Assembly: GCA_963731685.1 (NCBI GenBank)
Contig: CAVSWR010000022.1
Span: 52,985 to 116,984, forward strand
Length of the DNA stretch: 64,000 bases
Origin: an uncultured Planctomycetia bacterium
GTDB lineage: Bacteria > Planctomycetota > Planctomycetia > Pirellulales > S012-138
Direction of reading: 5' to 3'
In this document: piece after piece, positions 62,931 to 64,000 of the stretch
Layout of the letters: the number at the start of each line of letters is the position of its first letter
Numbering within the stretch: position 1 is the stretch's first letter
The notes under the pieces: generated by a model
The model's input: the letters and a program-made list of their open reading frames with translations, nothing else
What the model was told of the DNA's origin: nothing
Database searches by the model: none
Program-made: the position numbers and the translations under genes

Positions 62931-62965
62931 CTAATGGAATTCTTAGCGTTGACGGAGCACTAGCG

Positions 62966-63853
62966 TCAGGGCATTTTCAGAGTGGGCGGGCCGGACAGCC
63001 AGCCAAGTCCGGCGAGAAACTTGTCCATCGCCACGACGGTTTCATAGTACGGCTTGTTGCCGTCGCGGCCGAAGTTGAAGAACCCGTGCGGCTTGCCGGG
63101 AAAGATCTTCAATTCGCACTGCACGCCGGCTTTTTTCATGGCCGCTTGGAACTCTTGGGCCGTCTTGACGGGAACCAACGCGTCTGCCGAGCCGAGGAAA
63201 ACAATCGCGGGCGGATCGTCGGCGCTGACGTTGTGCCAAGGCGAAAACTCTTTGTAGCGATTGCCAACGCGGGCATGGCCCCAGCCGTCGGGGCCGTTGT
63301 CAAACACCGGGTTGAATAACGCCATGGCGTTCGACTTTGCCGAAACCGAGAGATCGTCGGCCGGGTCGTCGAGGCCTTCAACCATGCCGACGAAAGCCGC
63401 CAGGTGTCCACCCGCGGAGCCGCCGCCCGAGGCGATGCGATTGGGGTCGATTCCCAACTTCTCAGCGTGGCCGCGCACCCAGCGCATGGCCGACTTTGCG
63501 TCTTGCACGCAGGTGGTGGGAGGGTCCTTCGACTTGCGGTCCAGCAGGCGATACTCGACTTGCACCGCCACCATGCCGCGCGACGCCAGATATTTGCTGT
63601 GTTCGGTGAATTGTCCCGGCGCCCCGCCGGTCCAACCGCCGCCGTGGAAGAAGACAATCGCGGGCCTTTTCGTCTCCGCGCCATCGGCTTTGGCCGCCGC
63701 GTTGCTCGGCGTCGTGACGTAGAGCTTCAACTCGCGGTCGCCCACCTTCTTGTAAGCGTATGGCTTGCCGGGCGGAACCGCGAAGGTCTGACTGCCGTGG
63801 GCCATCAAGAAGGCCGCCATCGCGAAGGGAACGGCGCGCGAGAGTTTTGTCAT
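62966..63853 (-). CDS. secreted alpha/beta-hydrolase (esterase/lipase, HGGG type)
   Basis: Signal MTKLSRAVPFAMAAFLMAHGSQTFA. Oxyanion VFFHGGGW. Nucleophile elbow GGGSAGGH. ...PPAIVFLGSADALV...KPHGFF. The start is taken from ORF-track arithmetic; the printed numbering near the window end seems off by 1. Confidence 0.8.
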   Translation of the reverse strand: MTKLSRAVPFAMAAFLMAHGSQTFAVPPGKPYAYKKVGDRELKLYVTTPSNAAAKADGAETKRPAIVFFHGGGWTGGAPGQFTEHSKYLASRGMVAVQVEYRLLDRKSKDPPTTCVQDAKSAMRWVRGHAEKLGIDPNRIASGGGSAGGHLAAFVGMVEGLDDPADDLSVSAKSNAMALFNPVFDNGPDGWGHARVGNRYKEFSPWHNVSADDPPAIVFLGSADALVPVKTAQEFQAAMKKAGVQCELKIFPGKPHGFFNFGRDGNKPYYETVVAMDKFLAGLGWLSGPPTLKMP

Positions 63854-64000
63854 GGGATCGGTACTTCCGCAAGATGTTCGAGAAACAAGAAGGCGGGCAG
63901 CGCCGAATCGCCGACCGGTAACTCGATGATACACACCCGCCGGCAGGAACTCCAATCGACACAACGTCGGATGGATCATTCGCTCAGAGGGCAAGTACTC

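Overview
GC-rich bacterial chromosomal segment. Most 60-nt lines I counted by hand are 63-73% G+C. The gene content points to Planctomycetota: a DUF1501 + PSCyt/DUF1549/DUF1553 gene pair, a DUF1559 'H-X9-DG' domain, a PVC-type dehydrogenase-HEAT-cytochrome c protein, three ECF sigma factors, and membrane Ser/Thr kinases fused to WD40 or FGE-sulfatase domains. I call about 45 protein-coding genes. I see no rRNA, tRNA, CRISPR array, transposase or integrase.

Housekeeping anchors are a korAB (2-oxoglutarate:ferredoxin oxidoreductase) operon bracketed by CBS-domain genes, sthA, and a phosphonatase (phnX) cluster.

Accessory-looking content:
- A translationally coupled pair of an unknown ~620-aa protein and a Ski2/Hel308-like helicase. 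This is my best candidate for an undescribed system.
- A low-GC single-gene MmeI-family type IIL restriction-modification island.
- A small PIN toxin-like module carrying a nonsense codon.
- A tandemly duplicated [Ser/Thr kinase-FGE domain]+[cadherin/He_PIG-like repeat protein] cassette, followed by two tandem membrane-anchored agmatine-deiminase/PAD-like genes.
- An ECF sigma / zinc-anti-sigma-kinase / WD40 operon.
- A large alpha-2-macroglobulin-like protein.
- A low-GC LRR/ankyrin island.

Major caveat: I count about 29 reading-frame breaks inside otherwise clear genes, including korA, sthA and phnX. Most are 1-nt changes in G/C or T homopolymer runs, so I treat them as probable sequence errors rather than pseudogenes, and I give outer gene boundaries. 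Many long ORFs in the supplied track are antisense GC shadows and are not called.
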